A stretch of 64,000 bases of DNA from Burkholderiales bacterium (GCA_036555245.1 DATBLP010000054.1:54406-118405); one strand, 5' to 3'; counted from the first letter of the stretch, positions 17,861 through 27,675 are shown. Numbers and translations are program-made. Notes: generated by a model from the sequence alone, not told the origin.

Positions 17861-19353
17861 GTGCGCGCTTTTCGCTCTGGCGTCTCACGATCGCCGCTGC
17901 AGCCGCCTTGCTTTCGGCCTGCGCTGTCGGCCCCGACTACCGCGCGCCGGAGACCCCTGCGGCCGGCCCATACACCGAAAAGCACCAGCCGGTACAGACC
18001 GAATCGGCTCCTGTGCACGGCGGCGAAGCCCAGCGCTTCGAAGTCGGCGCGGAGATCTCGGCCGACTGGTGGAAACTCTTCGGCTCACCGGAACTCGACA
18101 AGCTCATCCGCGCCGGGCTGGCAGGCAATCCAACGCTGGATGCAGCGCAGGCGGCGCTGCGGCAGGCCGAGGAAAACCTCAATGCCCAGTATGCCGTGCT
18201 CTACCCGAGCGTGGATGCGAGCCTGTCGGCGAAGCGTCAGCGCATCACCGGGGCGGCCTTCGGAAATCCGTCGATCCCCACCAGTGTGTTCAACCTCTAC
18301 AACGCCTCGGTGAACGTCTCCTACGCCATCGACCTTGCCGGTGGGGCACGCCGCGAGTTCGAGGCGTTGGAGGCCACGATCGACTTCCAGCGCTTTCAGC
18401 TCGAGGCCGCTCATCTCTCTCTGACGGCCAATATCGTCACGACCGGGTTCCGCGAAGCGTCGCTGCGCGAGCAGGTCCGCGCGACGCGCGAGATCATCGA
18501 GGCGCTAGATCGACAGGTGCAGCTGGTAGAGAAGCAGTTCGCGCTCGGCGCAATCTCCCGCTCGGACGTCCTCGCTCAGCGGGCCCAGCTCGCCCAGACG
18601 CGCGCCAACCTGCCGCCGCTCGAGAAAGCGCTCGCACAAACGCGCAACCAGCTCGCGGTCCTGATCGGCAAGCCTCCCGCCGAGGCTGGGCTGCCCGAGC
18701 TCGACTTGACGGCGTTCCAGCTGCCGACGAGCCTCCCGGTGAGCCTCCCGGCAGATCTGGTGCAACAGCGTCCCGATGTGCGCGCGGCCGAGGCCTTGCT
18801 GCGGCAGACGAACGCGCGCATCGGCGTGGCGCAGGCGCTCATGTTCCCGCAATTGACGCTGAGCGGCAGCTATGGAACGGCGGCCACGCGCACGGCCGAA
18901 CTCTTCGATCCGGGAACTCAGCTGTGGAATATCGGCGCGAGCCTGCTCCAGCCAATTTTCCACGCGGGGCAGCTGCAGGCGAGGAAACGCGGCGCAGTCG
19001 CCGCCTACGAGCAGGCGTTCGCGCAGTATCGCCAAGCCGTGCTCGGCGCGTTCCAGAACGTGGCCGACGTGCTCCTCGCGCTCGATTTCGACGCGGCAGC
19101 GCTCAAGGCGCAGGCCGAGGCCGAGGCGGCGTCGCGCGAAAGCCTCGAAGTGACGCGGGCACAGCTCCAGTTTGGGGCGGCGAACTACCTCGCGCTCCTG
19201 AACGCCCAGCGCCAGTACGAGCAGGCGAGGATCGGCCTGGTGCAGGCGCAGGCCACGCGCTACTCGGACACCGCGGCGCTGTTCCAGGCGCTCGGCGGCG
19301 GATGGTGGCGGCGCAGCGGCCGGGGCGAGGCTCCCGCCGCGCTCGCGGACTGA
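17857..19353 (+). CDS. RND efflux outer-membrane factor lipoprotein (NodT/OprM family)
   Basis: Lipobox 'LLSAC' followed by 'GPDYRAP'. Two OEP repeats. ATGA overlap with tetR. Confidence 0.9.
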   Translation: MSARFSLWRLTIAAAAALLSACAVGPDYRAPETPAAGPYTEKHQPVQTESAPVHGGEAQRFEVGAEISADWWKLFGSPELDKLIRAGLAGNPTLDAAQAALRQAEENLNAQYAVLYPSVDASLSAKRQRITGAAFGNPSIPTSVFNLYNASVNVSYAIDLAGGARREFEALEATIDFQRFQLEAAHLSLTANIVTTGFREASLREQVRATREIIEALDRQVQLVEKQFALGAISRSDVLAQRAQLAQTRANLPPLEKALAQTRNQLAVLIGKPPAEAGLPELDLTAFQLPTSLPVSLPADLVQQRPDVRAAEALLRQTNARIGVAQALMFPQLTLSGSYGTAATRTAELFDPGTQLWNIGASLLQPIFHAGQLQARKRGAVAAYEQAFAQYRQAVLGAFQNVADVLLALDFDAAALKAQAEAEAASRESLEVTRAQLQFGAANYLALLNAQRQYEQARIGLVQAQATRYSDTAALFQALGGGWWRRSGRGEAPAALAD

Positions 19354-19391
19354 GCCGGAGCCGGGGGAAGAGAATCTTTGGAGTCCAACTC

Positions 19392-20519
19392 ATGACCAAA
19401 CGCATGATCATCATGCTCGCTCTCGTCGGAATGCTGTTCGGCGGGATATTCGGTTTCAAGGCCTTCATCGGAAGCTTCATCAAGAAGAAGATCGCCGAGC
19501 AGGGTATCCCGCCGCAGACGGTATCGACCGCGAAGGCAGGGATGTCGGAATGGCAGGGCGAATTCCAGGCCGTGGGAACGCTGCGCGCGGTGCGCGGTGC
19601 CGACATCGCCCCCGAGGTACCCGGCGTGATCACGACGATCCACTTCCAGTCGAGCCAGGAAGTCCGGGAAGGCGCACCCCTGGTTCAATTGAACAATGAA
19701 GCCGACCTCGCAAAGCTGCAGTCGCTCACCGCCGCGATGGATCTTGCCCAGGTTGTCTACGAGCGTGACAAGAAGCAGCTGGAGATCCAGGCCGTGAGCC
19801 AGGCGGTCGTTGACGCGGACGCGGCGAACCTGAAGAGCGCCAAGGCGCAGCTCGCCGAGCAACAGGCGCTCCTCAACAAGAAGCTCGTGCGCGCGCCGTT
19901 TGCCGGGCGTTTGGGAATCCGCGCCGTCGACGTCGGTCAGTACGTGACCGCGGGAACCAAGCTCGTGACACTGCAGGCGCTCGACCCCGTCTACGTGGAT
20001 TTCTTCGCCCCGCAGAAATCGCTCGGCCAGATCAAACTCGGGCAAAAAATCACCCTGAAAACCGACGCTTTTGCCGGCGAGCAGTTCGCGGGCGAGATCA
20101 GCTCGATCGACCCCAAGGTGGATCCGGCGACTCGCAACGTGCAGATCAGGGCGACCGTGCGCAACCCGAAGCGCAAGCTGCTGCCGGGGATGTTCGCCAC
20201 CGTAAGCATCGCCTCGGGAGGGCCGCAGCGCTTCCTTACCCTGCCGCAGACCGCGGTCTCCTATAACCCCTACGGCAACACCGTGTTTACCGTCGAAGAA
20301 CGGAAGGGCGAGGACGGTAAGACCGCACTCTTGGCACAGCAGAAGTTTGTCACCACCGGTGAGACGCGCGGCGACCAGGTCGCGATTCTTTCCGGGATCA
20401 AGGAGGGCGAGACCGTCGTGACGGCAGGCCAGATCAAGCTGCGCTCGGGCGTGCCGGTGGTCGTCAACAACTCGATCCAGCCGGCGAACGAGCCGGCGCC
20501 GCAACCGAAGGACCAGTAG
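19392..20519 (+). CDS. RND efflux membrane-fusion (periplasmic adaptor) protein
   Basis: N-terminal TM anchor, then lipoyl, alpha-hairpin and beta-barrel pattern ('VRAPFAGRLG', 'LPGMFATV'). The true start is the ATG at 19392 within the longer track ORF. Confidence 0.9.
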   Translation: MTKRMIIMLALVGMLFGGIFGFKAFIGSFIKKKIAEQGIPPQTVSTAKAGMSEWQGEFQAVGTLRAVRGADIAPEVPGVITTIHFQSSQEVREGAPLVQLNNEADLAKLQSLTAAMDLAQVVYERDKKQLEIQAVSQAVVDADAANLKSAKAQLAEQQALLNKKLVRAPFAGRLGIRAVDVGQYVTAGTKLVTLQALDPVYVDFFAPQKSLGQIKLGQKITLKTDAFAGEQFAGEISSIDPKVDPATRNVQIRATVRNPKRKLLPGMFATVSIASGGPQRFLTLPQTAVSYNPYGNTVFTVEERKGEDGKTALLAQQKFVTTGETRGDQVAILSGIKEGETVVTAGQIKLRSGVPVVVNNSIQPANEPAPQPKDQ

Positions 20520-20533
20520 GCCGGAGGCCCGGA

Positions 20534-23500
20534 ATGAAGAAGTTCACGGATATTTTCATCGAGCGGCCGGTCCTCGCGACGGTCGTAAGCCTAACGATTC
20601 TCGTGCTCGGCTTGCGCTCGATCGGCCTCTTGCCCGTGCTGCAGTATCCGCGCACGCAGAACGCCGTCGTGACTGTTACGACGACCTACGTGGGCGCGGA
20701 TCCGGCGCTGGTCGCCGGATTCATCACCACGCCGCTCGAGAATTCGATCGCGCAGGCGAACGGCATCGATTACATGAGCTCGGTGAGTCGCCAGAGCGTG
20801 AGCACCATCACTGCGGCGCTGCGGCTGAACTACGAGCCGGACAAGGCGCTCACCGAAATCAACACCAAGGTCAACGCGGTCCTCAACCAGTTGCCGCCGG
20901 GCTCGCAGCAGCCCGTGATCAAGGTTCAGATCGGACAGACGCTCGCGGCGATGTACATCGGCTTCGCGAGCGACGTGCTCACGCCTAACAAGATCACCGA
21001 TTACCTGATCCGCGTGGTCCAGCCGAAACTGCAGGCAGTCGAAGGCGTGCAGACGGCCGAAATCCTCGGTGGAAAACTGTTTGCGCTCCGGGCATGGCTC
21101 GATCCGGACAAGCTGGCCGCCTACAACCTCACCGCCGCCGACGTCAGCGCCGCTCTCACGGCCAACAACTTCCTTTCCGCGGTCGGCGCGACCAAGGGTC
21201 AGATGGTCCAGGTCAACCTTACCGCATCGACCGACGTCCGGACGGTGGAGGATTTCCGTAACCTCGTCATCAAGCAACGGGGTGGCGCCGTCGTGAGGTT
21301 GAGCGACGTCGCGAATGTGACTCTCGGGTCCGAGGACTACGATTCGGAAGTCGGCTTCGACGGGAAGAAGGCCGTGTACATCGGCATGCAGGTCGCGCCG
21401 ACAGCGAACCTGCTCGAGGTCATCGCGCGCGTGCGCGACGTCTTCCCGGGCATCCAGGCCCAGCTGCCCCAGGGCCTGCAGGGCCAGATTGTCTACGACT
21501 CGACCAAGTTCGTGAACAGCGCGATCGACGAAGTCGTCTGGACCATCGCCGAAGCGCTCGTCATCGTGACGCTCGTGGTGTTCGCTTTTCTCGGCTCGCT
21601 GCGCGCGGTCCTGATACCCACGGTCGCGATTCCTCTCTCGCTGGTCGGAACGTTCACGATGATGTTCGCGCTCGGTTACTCGATCAATTTGCTGACGCTG
21701 CTCGCCCTGGTCCTCGCGATCGGCCTGGTGGTGGACGACGCCATCATCGTAGTCGAGAACGTCGAACGCCACCTCGAGGAAGGCATGAAGCCGACCCAGG
21801 CGGCGATCCTCGCGGCGCGCGAGCTCGCCAACCCCATCATCGCGATGGCGCTCGTGCTGGTGGCCGTGTACGTGCCGATCGGGTTCCTCGGCGGGCTGAC
21901 CGGCGCGCTTTTCACCGAATTCGCGTTCACGCTGGTCGGCGCGGTGATCGTGTCGGCGATCGTCGCGCTGACGCTCTCGCCCATGATGTGCGCGCGGATG
22001 CTCAGGCCGCACGATCCCAACCAGAGGGGTTGGGACATAAAGCTAGTCCTCTTCCTCGATAACGCGTTCGATACGCTGCACAGACGCTACGAGCATCTCC
22101 TGGGCAGAACGCTCAACTACGTGCCGGTGACGGCCGTCTTCGCGGCCATCGTGCTCGGGAGCATCTATTTCCTCTATGCGACCGCGAAATCCGAGCTCGC
22201 CCCTGCGGAAGACCAGGGCGTGATCATCAGCTCCGCGCAGGCCGCGCCCAACTCCACGCTGCAGCAGCGCCAGCTCTACACGCGTCAGGTCTTCGAAACA
22301 ATCAAGAAGCACCCGGAAACCGATCACGTGTTCCAGATCGATATCCCGGGGCAGACGCTCGCCGGAATGGTGCTGAAGCCCTGGAACGAGCGCAAGGCCA
22401 CGGCCGCCCAGCTTCAACCGGGCGTGCAGCAGGAGCTGGCAAGCATCGCCGGCCTGCGTGCGGTGGCGTTTCAACCGCCCCCGCTTCCCGGGGCCTTCGG
22501 CCTGCCGGTGCAGTTCGTGATCCAGACGACCGAGCCCTTCGAGCGACTGAACGAAGTGGCTTCGGCTTTCTATCAGGAGGCGCAGAAGAGCGGCAGATTC
22601 TTCTTCGTCGACAATGACCTGCGTTACGATCTGCCGCAGTCGACGGTCGTGATCGACCGGGAGCTGACGGCCCAGCTCGGCCTCACCATGAAGGACGTAG
22701 GCGCGGCCCTGTCATCCCTGCTCGGCGGCGGCTACGTCAACTACTTCAGCTTCCACGACCGAGCCTACAAGGTCATTCCCCAGGTGCAGCAAGCCGATCG
22801 GCTGAACGCTGACCAGCTGAAGAGCACTTATATCCGGACTGCGAGCGGGGACTCGGTCCCGCTCTCCACCGTCGTGCACATCACGACCAAGACCGTTCCC
22901 CAGGCGCTCAACCGCTTCCAGCAGCAGAACTCCGCCACGATTTCCGGAGTGCCCTTCATCGGCGTGACCCAGGGGGACGCGATCGCGTACCTGCAGGACC
23001 TCGCCGCAAGGACGCTGCCTCAAGGGTACTCGGTGGACTATTCCGGACCGTCGCGGCAGTTCATTCAGGAATCGAGCGCGCTGCTCGTGACATTCTTCTT
23101 TGCGCTCATCATCATCTTCCTCGCGCTCGCGGCGCTCTTCGAGAGTTTCCGCGACCCGCTGATCATCCTCATCTCGGTTCCCATGTCGATCTGCGGCGCT
23201 CTCATCTTCGTAAGCCTCGGAATCGGCGGGGCGAGCCTCAACATATACACAGAGGTGGGGCTGGTGACCCTGATCGGGCTCATCAGCAAGCACGGCATCC
23301 TGATCGTCGAGTTCGCCAACAACCTGCAGAATCAGGGAATGTCAAAACGAGAGGCGATCGGCCGCGCGGCGGGCATCCGGCTGCGCCCGATCCTGATGAC
23401 CACGGGAGCGATGGTGTTCGGCGTCGTGCCCCTCCTCATCGCGAGCGGGGCGGGCGCGGTGAGCCGCTTCCACATGGGGCTGGTGATCTTTAGCGGTATC

Positions 23501-23626
23501 GCAATCGGGACCCTGTTCACGCTCTTCGTCGTTCCGGCGATGTATCTGCTGCTCGCGGCCGACCACTCGAAGCGGACGACGGGCGAAGCATTGCCGGCAC
23601 CGGGCGGGCACACGGGAACACACTGA
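20534..23626 (+). CDS. RND multidrug efflux permease (AcrB/MdtB HAE1 family)
   Basis: 1030 aa with 12-TM architecture. 'FIERPVLATV' N-terminus and the 'VVDDAIVVVENV' proton-relay region. Confidence 0.95.
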   Translation: MKKFTDIFIERPVLATVVSLTILVLGLRSIGLLPVLQYPRTQNAVVTVTTTYVGADPALVAGFITTPLENSIAQANGIDYMSSVSRQSVSTITAALRLNYEPDKALTEINTKVNAVLNQLPPGSQQPVIKVQIGQTLAAMYIGFASDVLTPNKITDYLIRVVQPKLQAVEGVQTAEILGGKLFALRAWLDPDKLAAYNLTAADVSAALTANNFLSAVGATKGQMVQVNLTASTDVRTVEDFRNLVIKQRGGAVVRLSDVANVTLGSEDYDSEVGFDGKKAVYIGMQVAPTANLLEVIARVRDVFPGIQAQLPQGLQGQIVYDSTKFVNSAIDEVVWTIAEALVIVTLVVFAFLGSLRAVLIPTVAIPLSLVGTFTMMFALGYSINLLTLLALVLAIGLVVDDAIIVVENVERHLEEGMKPTQAAILAARELANPIIAMALVLVAVYVPIGFLGGLTGALFTEFAFTLVGAVIVSAIVALTLSPMMCARMLRPHDPNQRGWDIKLVLFLDNAFDTLHRRYEHLLGRTLNYVPVTAVFAAIVLGSIYFLYATAKSELAPAEDQGVIISSAQAAPNSTLQQRQLYTRQVFETIKKHPETDHVFQIDIPGQTLAGMVLKPWNERKATAAQLQPGVQQELASIAGLRAVAFQPPPLPGAFGLPVQFVIQTTEPFERLNEVASAFYQEAQKSGRFFFVDNDLRYDLPQSTVVIDRELTAQLGLTMKDVGAALSSLLGGGYVNYFSFHDRAYKVIPQVQQADRLNADQLKSTYIRTASGDSVPLSTVVHITTKTVPQALNRFQQQNSATISGVPFIGVTQGDAIAYLQDLAARTLPQGYSVDYSGPSRQFIQESSALLVTFFFALIIIFLALAALFESFRDPLIILISVPMSICGALIFVSLGIGGASLNIYTEVGLVTLIGLISKHGILIVEFANNLQNQGMSKREAIGRAAGIRLRPILMTTGAMVFGVVPLLIASGAGAVSRFHMGLVIFSGIAIGTLFTLFVVPAMYLLLAADHSKRTTGEALPAPGGHTGTH

Positions 23627-23645
23627 GTCCCCAGGTGCGGTTCCG

Positions 23646-24851
23646 GTGACAGCGCGGATAGGCATCGTCGGCGCGGGGCCGGTAGGCGTCGTCGCTGCGG
23701 TCGCCTGCGCGAAAAAGGGGCTGGAGGTCCATCTCTTCGAGGCCGAGCGCGAAGTGGACCACAGCCCACGAGCGGCGACGACACATCCTTCCACCCTCGA
23801 AATGCTCGCGGACATCGGGCTCCTGGACGAATTTCGTTCAGTGGGACTGGTGGCGCGCCACTTCCAGTTTTGGGACGGCGCGAAGACCCTCGTTGCTGAG
23901 TTCGATCACGAGGTGTTGCGCGAGGAAACGCCTTACCCCTACGTCGTGCAGACGGAGCAGCACAAGCTCTGCGAGCTCGGCCTGCGGCGGCTTTCCGGCA
24001 TGTCCAACGTCCACGTATGGATCGGCACGAGCGTCTCGGACGTGTCCCAGGACGCCGACAGCGTCCGCATTGTTGCTGAGAACGACGCGGGTGCGGAGTG
24101 CCTCGATTTCGACTACGTCATCGGCTGCGACGGCGGGCGGAGCACCGTGCGCAAGTGCCTGGATGTGGAATTCGAGGGCTATACCTGGCCGGAGCGTTTT
24201 CTCGTGCTCACCACGCTATTCGACTTCCAGGCCGCTCTCGGCTGCTGCCATCGCAGCTACATCTCCGATCCCGCGGAATGGACCAATCTCTTCAAGGTGA
24301 CGGGCGATGATCTCAAGGGGCGCTGGCGCGCCGTATTCCCGGCGGGGGAAAACGAAAGCGACGAGCAAGCCTTTTCGGAAGTGGCGGTGAGAAGGCGCTT
24401 GGGCAGACTGGTCGACGGGCATCCGCTCGAGCTGCTTGTACATCGGAACATCTACCGGGTGCATCAGCGTGTGGCGAAAGCGTTTCGCAGAGGCCGGATT
24501 TTTCTCGCAGGCGATGCTGCGCACGTCAACAACCCTGTGGGAGGCCTCGGCCTGAATTGCGGGATCCACGACGCCATGGAGCTTGCCGAAACGCTGCGCC
24601 TTGTCACGAGTGGTGAGGCAGGAGAACATCTGCTCGATCGCTATGAGCGCCGCAGGCGGCCGCTCAACATCGAATACGTGCAGCAGCAAACCGTTGCCAA
24701 CAAGCGGCGTCTTGAGGAGCGGGATCCCAAAGTTCGGCAGGCGAACTTCGACGCGTTGCGGCGTGCGGCCGCCGACCCAAAGCTGCACAAGGAGTTTCTC
24801 ATGCGTACTTCGCTAATCGAAAGCGCGCGCGAGGCGCAAAAAATCGATTGA
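23646..24851 (+). CDS. FAD-dependent monooxygenase (UbiH/PHBH-like)
   Basis: 'IGIVGAGPVGV' dinucleotide motif, 'GCDGGRSTVR', 'LAGDAAHVNNPVGGLGLN'. It starts 19 nt after the RND gene. Confidence 0.8.
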   Translation: MTARIGIVGAGPVGVVAAVACAKKGLEVHLFEAEREVDHSPRAATTHPSTLEMLADIGLLDEFRSVGLVARHFQFWDGAKTLVAEFDHEVLREETPYPYVVQTEQHKLCELGLRRLSGMSNVHVWIGTSVSDVSQDADSVRIVAENDAGAECLDFDYVIGCDGGRSTVRKCLDVEFEGYTWPERFLVLTTLFDFQAALGCCHRSYISDPAEWTNLFKVTGDDLKGRWRAVFPAGENESDEQAFSEVAVRRRLGRLVDGHPLELLVHRNIYRVHQRVAKAFRRGRIFLAGDAAHVNNPVGGLGLNCGIHDAMELAETLRLVTSGEAGEHLLDRYERRRRPLNIEYVQQQTVANKRRLEERDPKVRQANFDALRRAAADPKLHKEFLMRTSLIESAREAQKID

Positions 24852-24856
24852 GCGGG

Positions 24857-25651
24857 CTATCTTCGCCGCGGCGCCCGGTGCTCGCCCAGCGCGCCCGCCT
24901 TGCGTTCGATGACATCGCGGAGACGCAACATCCGCGCCTGTTTCTTCGTGACGATCGGGTGGTGGCGCAACTCATCCAGTGTCTCGCCCACTTTCCAGCA
25001 GTTCTTGCCGTTGGTGACCCAGATCTTCGGGTCCAGCCTGCGCAGGTCGAAGGGACCGGCGTAGCTTCTCAGAGTCTTCTGCCCGCGCTTGTTGGCGTAT
25101 TCGTGCAGATACGACATCACTAGCTCGCGCAAGCTGCGGTAGACCGGGTCGCGCCAGCGCAGGAGCGGGGGATTGGTCTTCGATATGGCGCCCCAATAGC
25201 CGCCGCGACGGAACAGCGCGACCACGTGATCGTAGTCGCGCTCGGCGCGCAGATCCAAAAGCAGCGGCGGCTCGCCGTGTACCCACAGCGCACAGGCGGC
25301 AAGCATCGCGCCCTCGATGCAGTGCGCCCTGCGTTGATGGAGCACCTGTCTCACAGACAGTGAGGTCTGGCCCCCGATCTCGAAATTGGCCGACAGCGAA
25401 TTGAGATAGGCCTGGATCTTCTCCGGAGCCGAGAGGCGCCGCAGAACGGCAAACTCAGCTCGGGTGAGACCCAGACAATCGCGGCGCGCGGGTCGGATTT
25501 TCAAGCTTCGATTCCTTGAGAGTGGCGGGCGCACGGCGGCTCGCCCGGGTCCCGCCACACCTGCCAGGACCGATCGAAGCGAACGTGAACGTTCCGCCGT
25601 CGCGCCGGTCTCATCGGACAATTGCCGGCGCGGACGGGGCCGGTACCCCAA
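24857..25651 (-). CDS. Uncharacterised conserved-looking protein, possible papain/transglutaminase-like fold; start uncertain
   Basis: The well-behaved region runs from about 'LTRAEFAVLRRL' onward and includes 'AHCIEGAMLAA' and 'DYDHVVALF'. The N-terminal ~50 aa look like off-frame GC sequence. An alternative TTG start lies near 25504. Confidence 0.55.
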   Translation of the reverse strand: MGYRPRPRRQLSDETGATAERSRSLRSVLAGVAGPGRAAVRPPLSRNRSLKIRPARRDCLGLTRAEFAVLRRLSAPEKIQAYLNSLSANFEIGGQTSLSVRQVLHQRRAHCIEGAMLAACALWVHGEPPLLLDLRAERDYDHVVALFRRGGYWGAISKTNPPLLRWRDPVYRSLRELVMSYLHEYANKRGQKTLRSYAGPFDLRRLDPKIWVTNGKNCWKVGETLDELRHHPIVTKKQARMLRLRDVIERKAGALGEHRAPRRR

Positions 25652-25680
25652 AAAGATACAGCGATGTTAGGCTCTCCTTC

Positions 25681-26178
25681 ATGATCATGGCCCTCAGTGT
25701 CCGCCGGATGGGCAACCTTATCGGATTTCTCGCCTGCGCGGGGATGCTCGCTTTTGGCTACTACCTGCAGTTCGTCGTCGGCCTGGAGCCTTGCCCGCTG
25801 TGCATCATTCAGCGCTTGTTCCTTGCGGCGGTCGGCATCGTGTTTCTTGTCGCGGCCATCCATCACCCGGCCGGCCGGGTCGGCGCCAGCATCTATGCCG
25901 GCATGATCACGCTTCTCGCTGCTGGGGGCGTTGCCGTCGCCGGACGCCATGTGTGGCTGCAGCACATTCCCGCCGAACAGCGCCCGACGTGCGGCCCTGC
26001 GCTCGATTATCTCCTGTCGGCCTTTGGTCCGGTCGAGGGACTGAGGCGCGTTCTGCGCGGCTCCGGGGAATGCGGCCTGATCGACTGGACGCTATTTTCC
26101 TTCAGCATACCGGAATGGACGCTTGCCGCATTTCTGGTGTTCATGGCCGGGGCGCTGATCCTTGCCCTGCGGCACTGA
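25681..26178 (+). CDS. dsbB: Disulfide bond formation protein B
   Basis: 'CPLCIIQR' first periplasmic-loop CxxC, a second Cys pair ('PTCG...GECG'), and four TM helices. ATG at 25681 within the longer track ORF. Confidence 0.85.
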   Translation: MIMALSVRRMGNLIGFLACAGMLAFGYYLQFVVGLEPCPLCIIQRLFLAAVGIVFLVAAIHHPAGRVGASIYAGMITLLAAGGVAVAGRHVWLQHIPAEQRPTCGPALDYLLSAFGPVEGLRRVLRGSGECGLIDWTLFSFSIPEWTLAAFLVFMAGALILALRH

Positions 26179-26255
26179 CGCTGCGGGAATTCTCCATCCG
26201 CTCTCTACGCAAGGTCTTACCCCGGCTACGCGAGCGGTTCTGCCGACCGCCGCAA

Positions 26256-27019
26256 TCAGACCTGCTTGAGCGAGGCTTCGATATCGTTGACTGCGGCTTG
26301 GCCCCGGTCGACAAGCGCATCCTGCAGCACTTCGCCAAGCAGCAGCACCGCCGGACCCGCACCTGCCTTGAGTGCAAGCTCGGGCGATTCCACCAGCGTC
26401 CCATGGAGTGCTTTTCGGTCCGGAAGCGTCGCGCTCTCCACCACAGCGAGCGGCGTTTCTCCGGGTTTGCCGCGCCTGATCAGTTCGGAGCTGATCGCCT
26501 CCGCGAGGCCTGCTCCCATGTAGATCACCGCCGTGTCGGCCGCGAGCACGCTCGCGGCCCAGTCGTTGTCGCGCGCGCCGCTTGCGGCACGCGGGGTCAC
26601 GAAAACAACATGGCGGGCGAGCCCACGGCGGGTGAGGGACACTCCTAGCTCGGCCGCTACGGCCATCGTGCGGCCACTCCGGGAACGATCTCGAAATCCA
26701 TCCCCGCCTCGCGCAGCGCCTCGATTTCCTCCTGGGCGCGACCGAAGAGCATGGGATCGCCGCCCTTGAGGCGGGCTACGACTCGATAGCGGCGCGCCGC
26801 ATCGACCAGACGCTTGTTGATGAATTTCTGCGCGGTCGAATGACGGCCGGAGCGCTTGCCCACTGCGATCTTGTCGGCGCGCCAGGCGAGATCAAGCGTT
26901 CGGGGATGCACGAGCGCATCGTGGAATACCACGCCGGCGCGCCTGAGTACCTCTGCTGCCTGCAGGGTGAGGAGATCCGGCGCTCCGGGACCCGCACCTA
27001 TGAGATATACCTTACCCAT
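26256..27019 (-). pseudogene. cobA: Uroporphyrinogen-III C-methyltransferase (CobA / CysG methyltransferase domain) interrupted by a frameshift
   Basis: Two ORFs (27019..26657 and 26666..26256) are colinear with SUMT. They read 'LIGAGPGAPDLLTL..LKGGDPMLFGR..EIVPGV' and then 'AVAAELGVSLTRRG..VIYMG'. The frame switches within about 26657-26668, consistent with a 1-nt indel. Confidence 0.8.
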
Positions 27020-27156
27020 CGATCAATCCCGCCATCGTCTGGTTGGTCGCCTCGTCAATCAAAATAGCGGACCCGGTAGTGCGGTTCAACTCGCTCGGGT
27101 CGGCGAAAATCGGTAGCGCAAGTACACGGGATTGGCGACTGTTTTCAGGGTTTCAG

Positions 27157-27675
27157 TCATGGGTTCCCTTCGGCGAGGCGCCGTCGGAACAAGGGAGCGG
27201 GCCGCAGGACGGATGTCTGGTAGGCGTCGCTGAAGGTGGCGAAGACGGAAAGTGCTTCCTGCGCGTCTTGATCCTCGCGCAAAGCGAACGCATCGAAGCC
27301 GCACTGTTCCATGAAGTACAGATGGTCGTGCAGCACGTCCCCGATCGCGCGCAGCTCGCCCTTGTAGCCGTAGCGCTCGCGCAAGAGGCGGGCGATGGAG
27401 TAGGCCCGGCCGTCGCCGAATTTGGGGAAATTCACGGCGATCAGCGCGAACCGTCCCGTGTCGTCCCTGATCGATTCGGGATCTTCGTGCGCGTCGAGCC
27501 ACACGCCGAGGTTTCTCGGATGAGCGAAGAAGTCTTCGCGGCGCTCATGCCAGAGCCCGAGCGGGACGATCACATCGCCGCGCTGCGCCAGCTCGGGCAA
27601 ACCGCCCGCCGGCCCGAGCTCAAGCAGCTGCCAGTTGTCGGCGACGATGCGCCGATCTTTGATCAGCCTTGCCAT
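27157..27675 (-). CDS. DUF934-family protein (sulfite-reductase-associated)
   Basis: 'MARLIKDRRIV.D.W' N-terminus and 'FPKFGDGRAYSIARLLRERYGY..LRA.GDVL.D' are typical of DUF934. It lies immediately downstream of cysI. Confidence 0.8.
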   Translation of the reverse strand: MARLIKDRRIVADNWQLLELGPAGGLPELAQRGDVIVPLGLWHERREDFFAHPRNLGVWLDAHEDPESIRDDTGRFALIAVNFPKFGDGRAYSIARLLRERYGYKGELRAIGDVLHDHLYFMEQCGFDAFALREDQDAQEALSVFATFSDAYQTSVLRPAPLFRRRLAEGNP

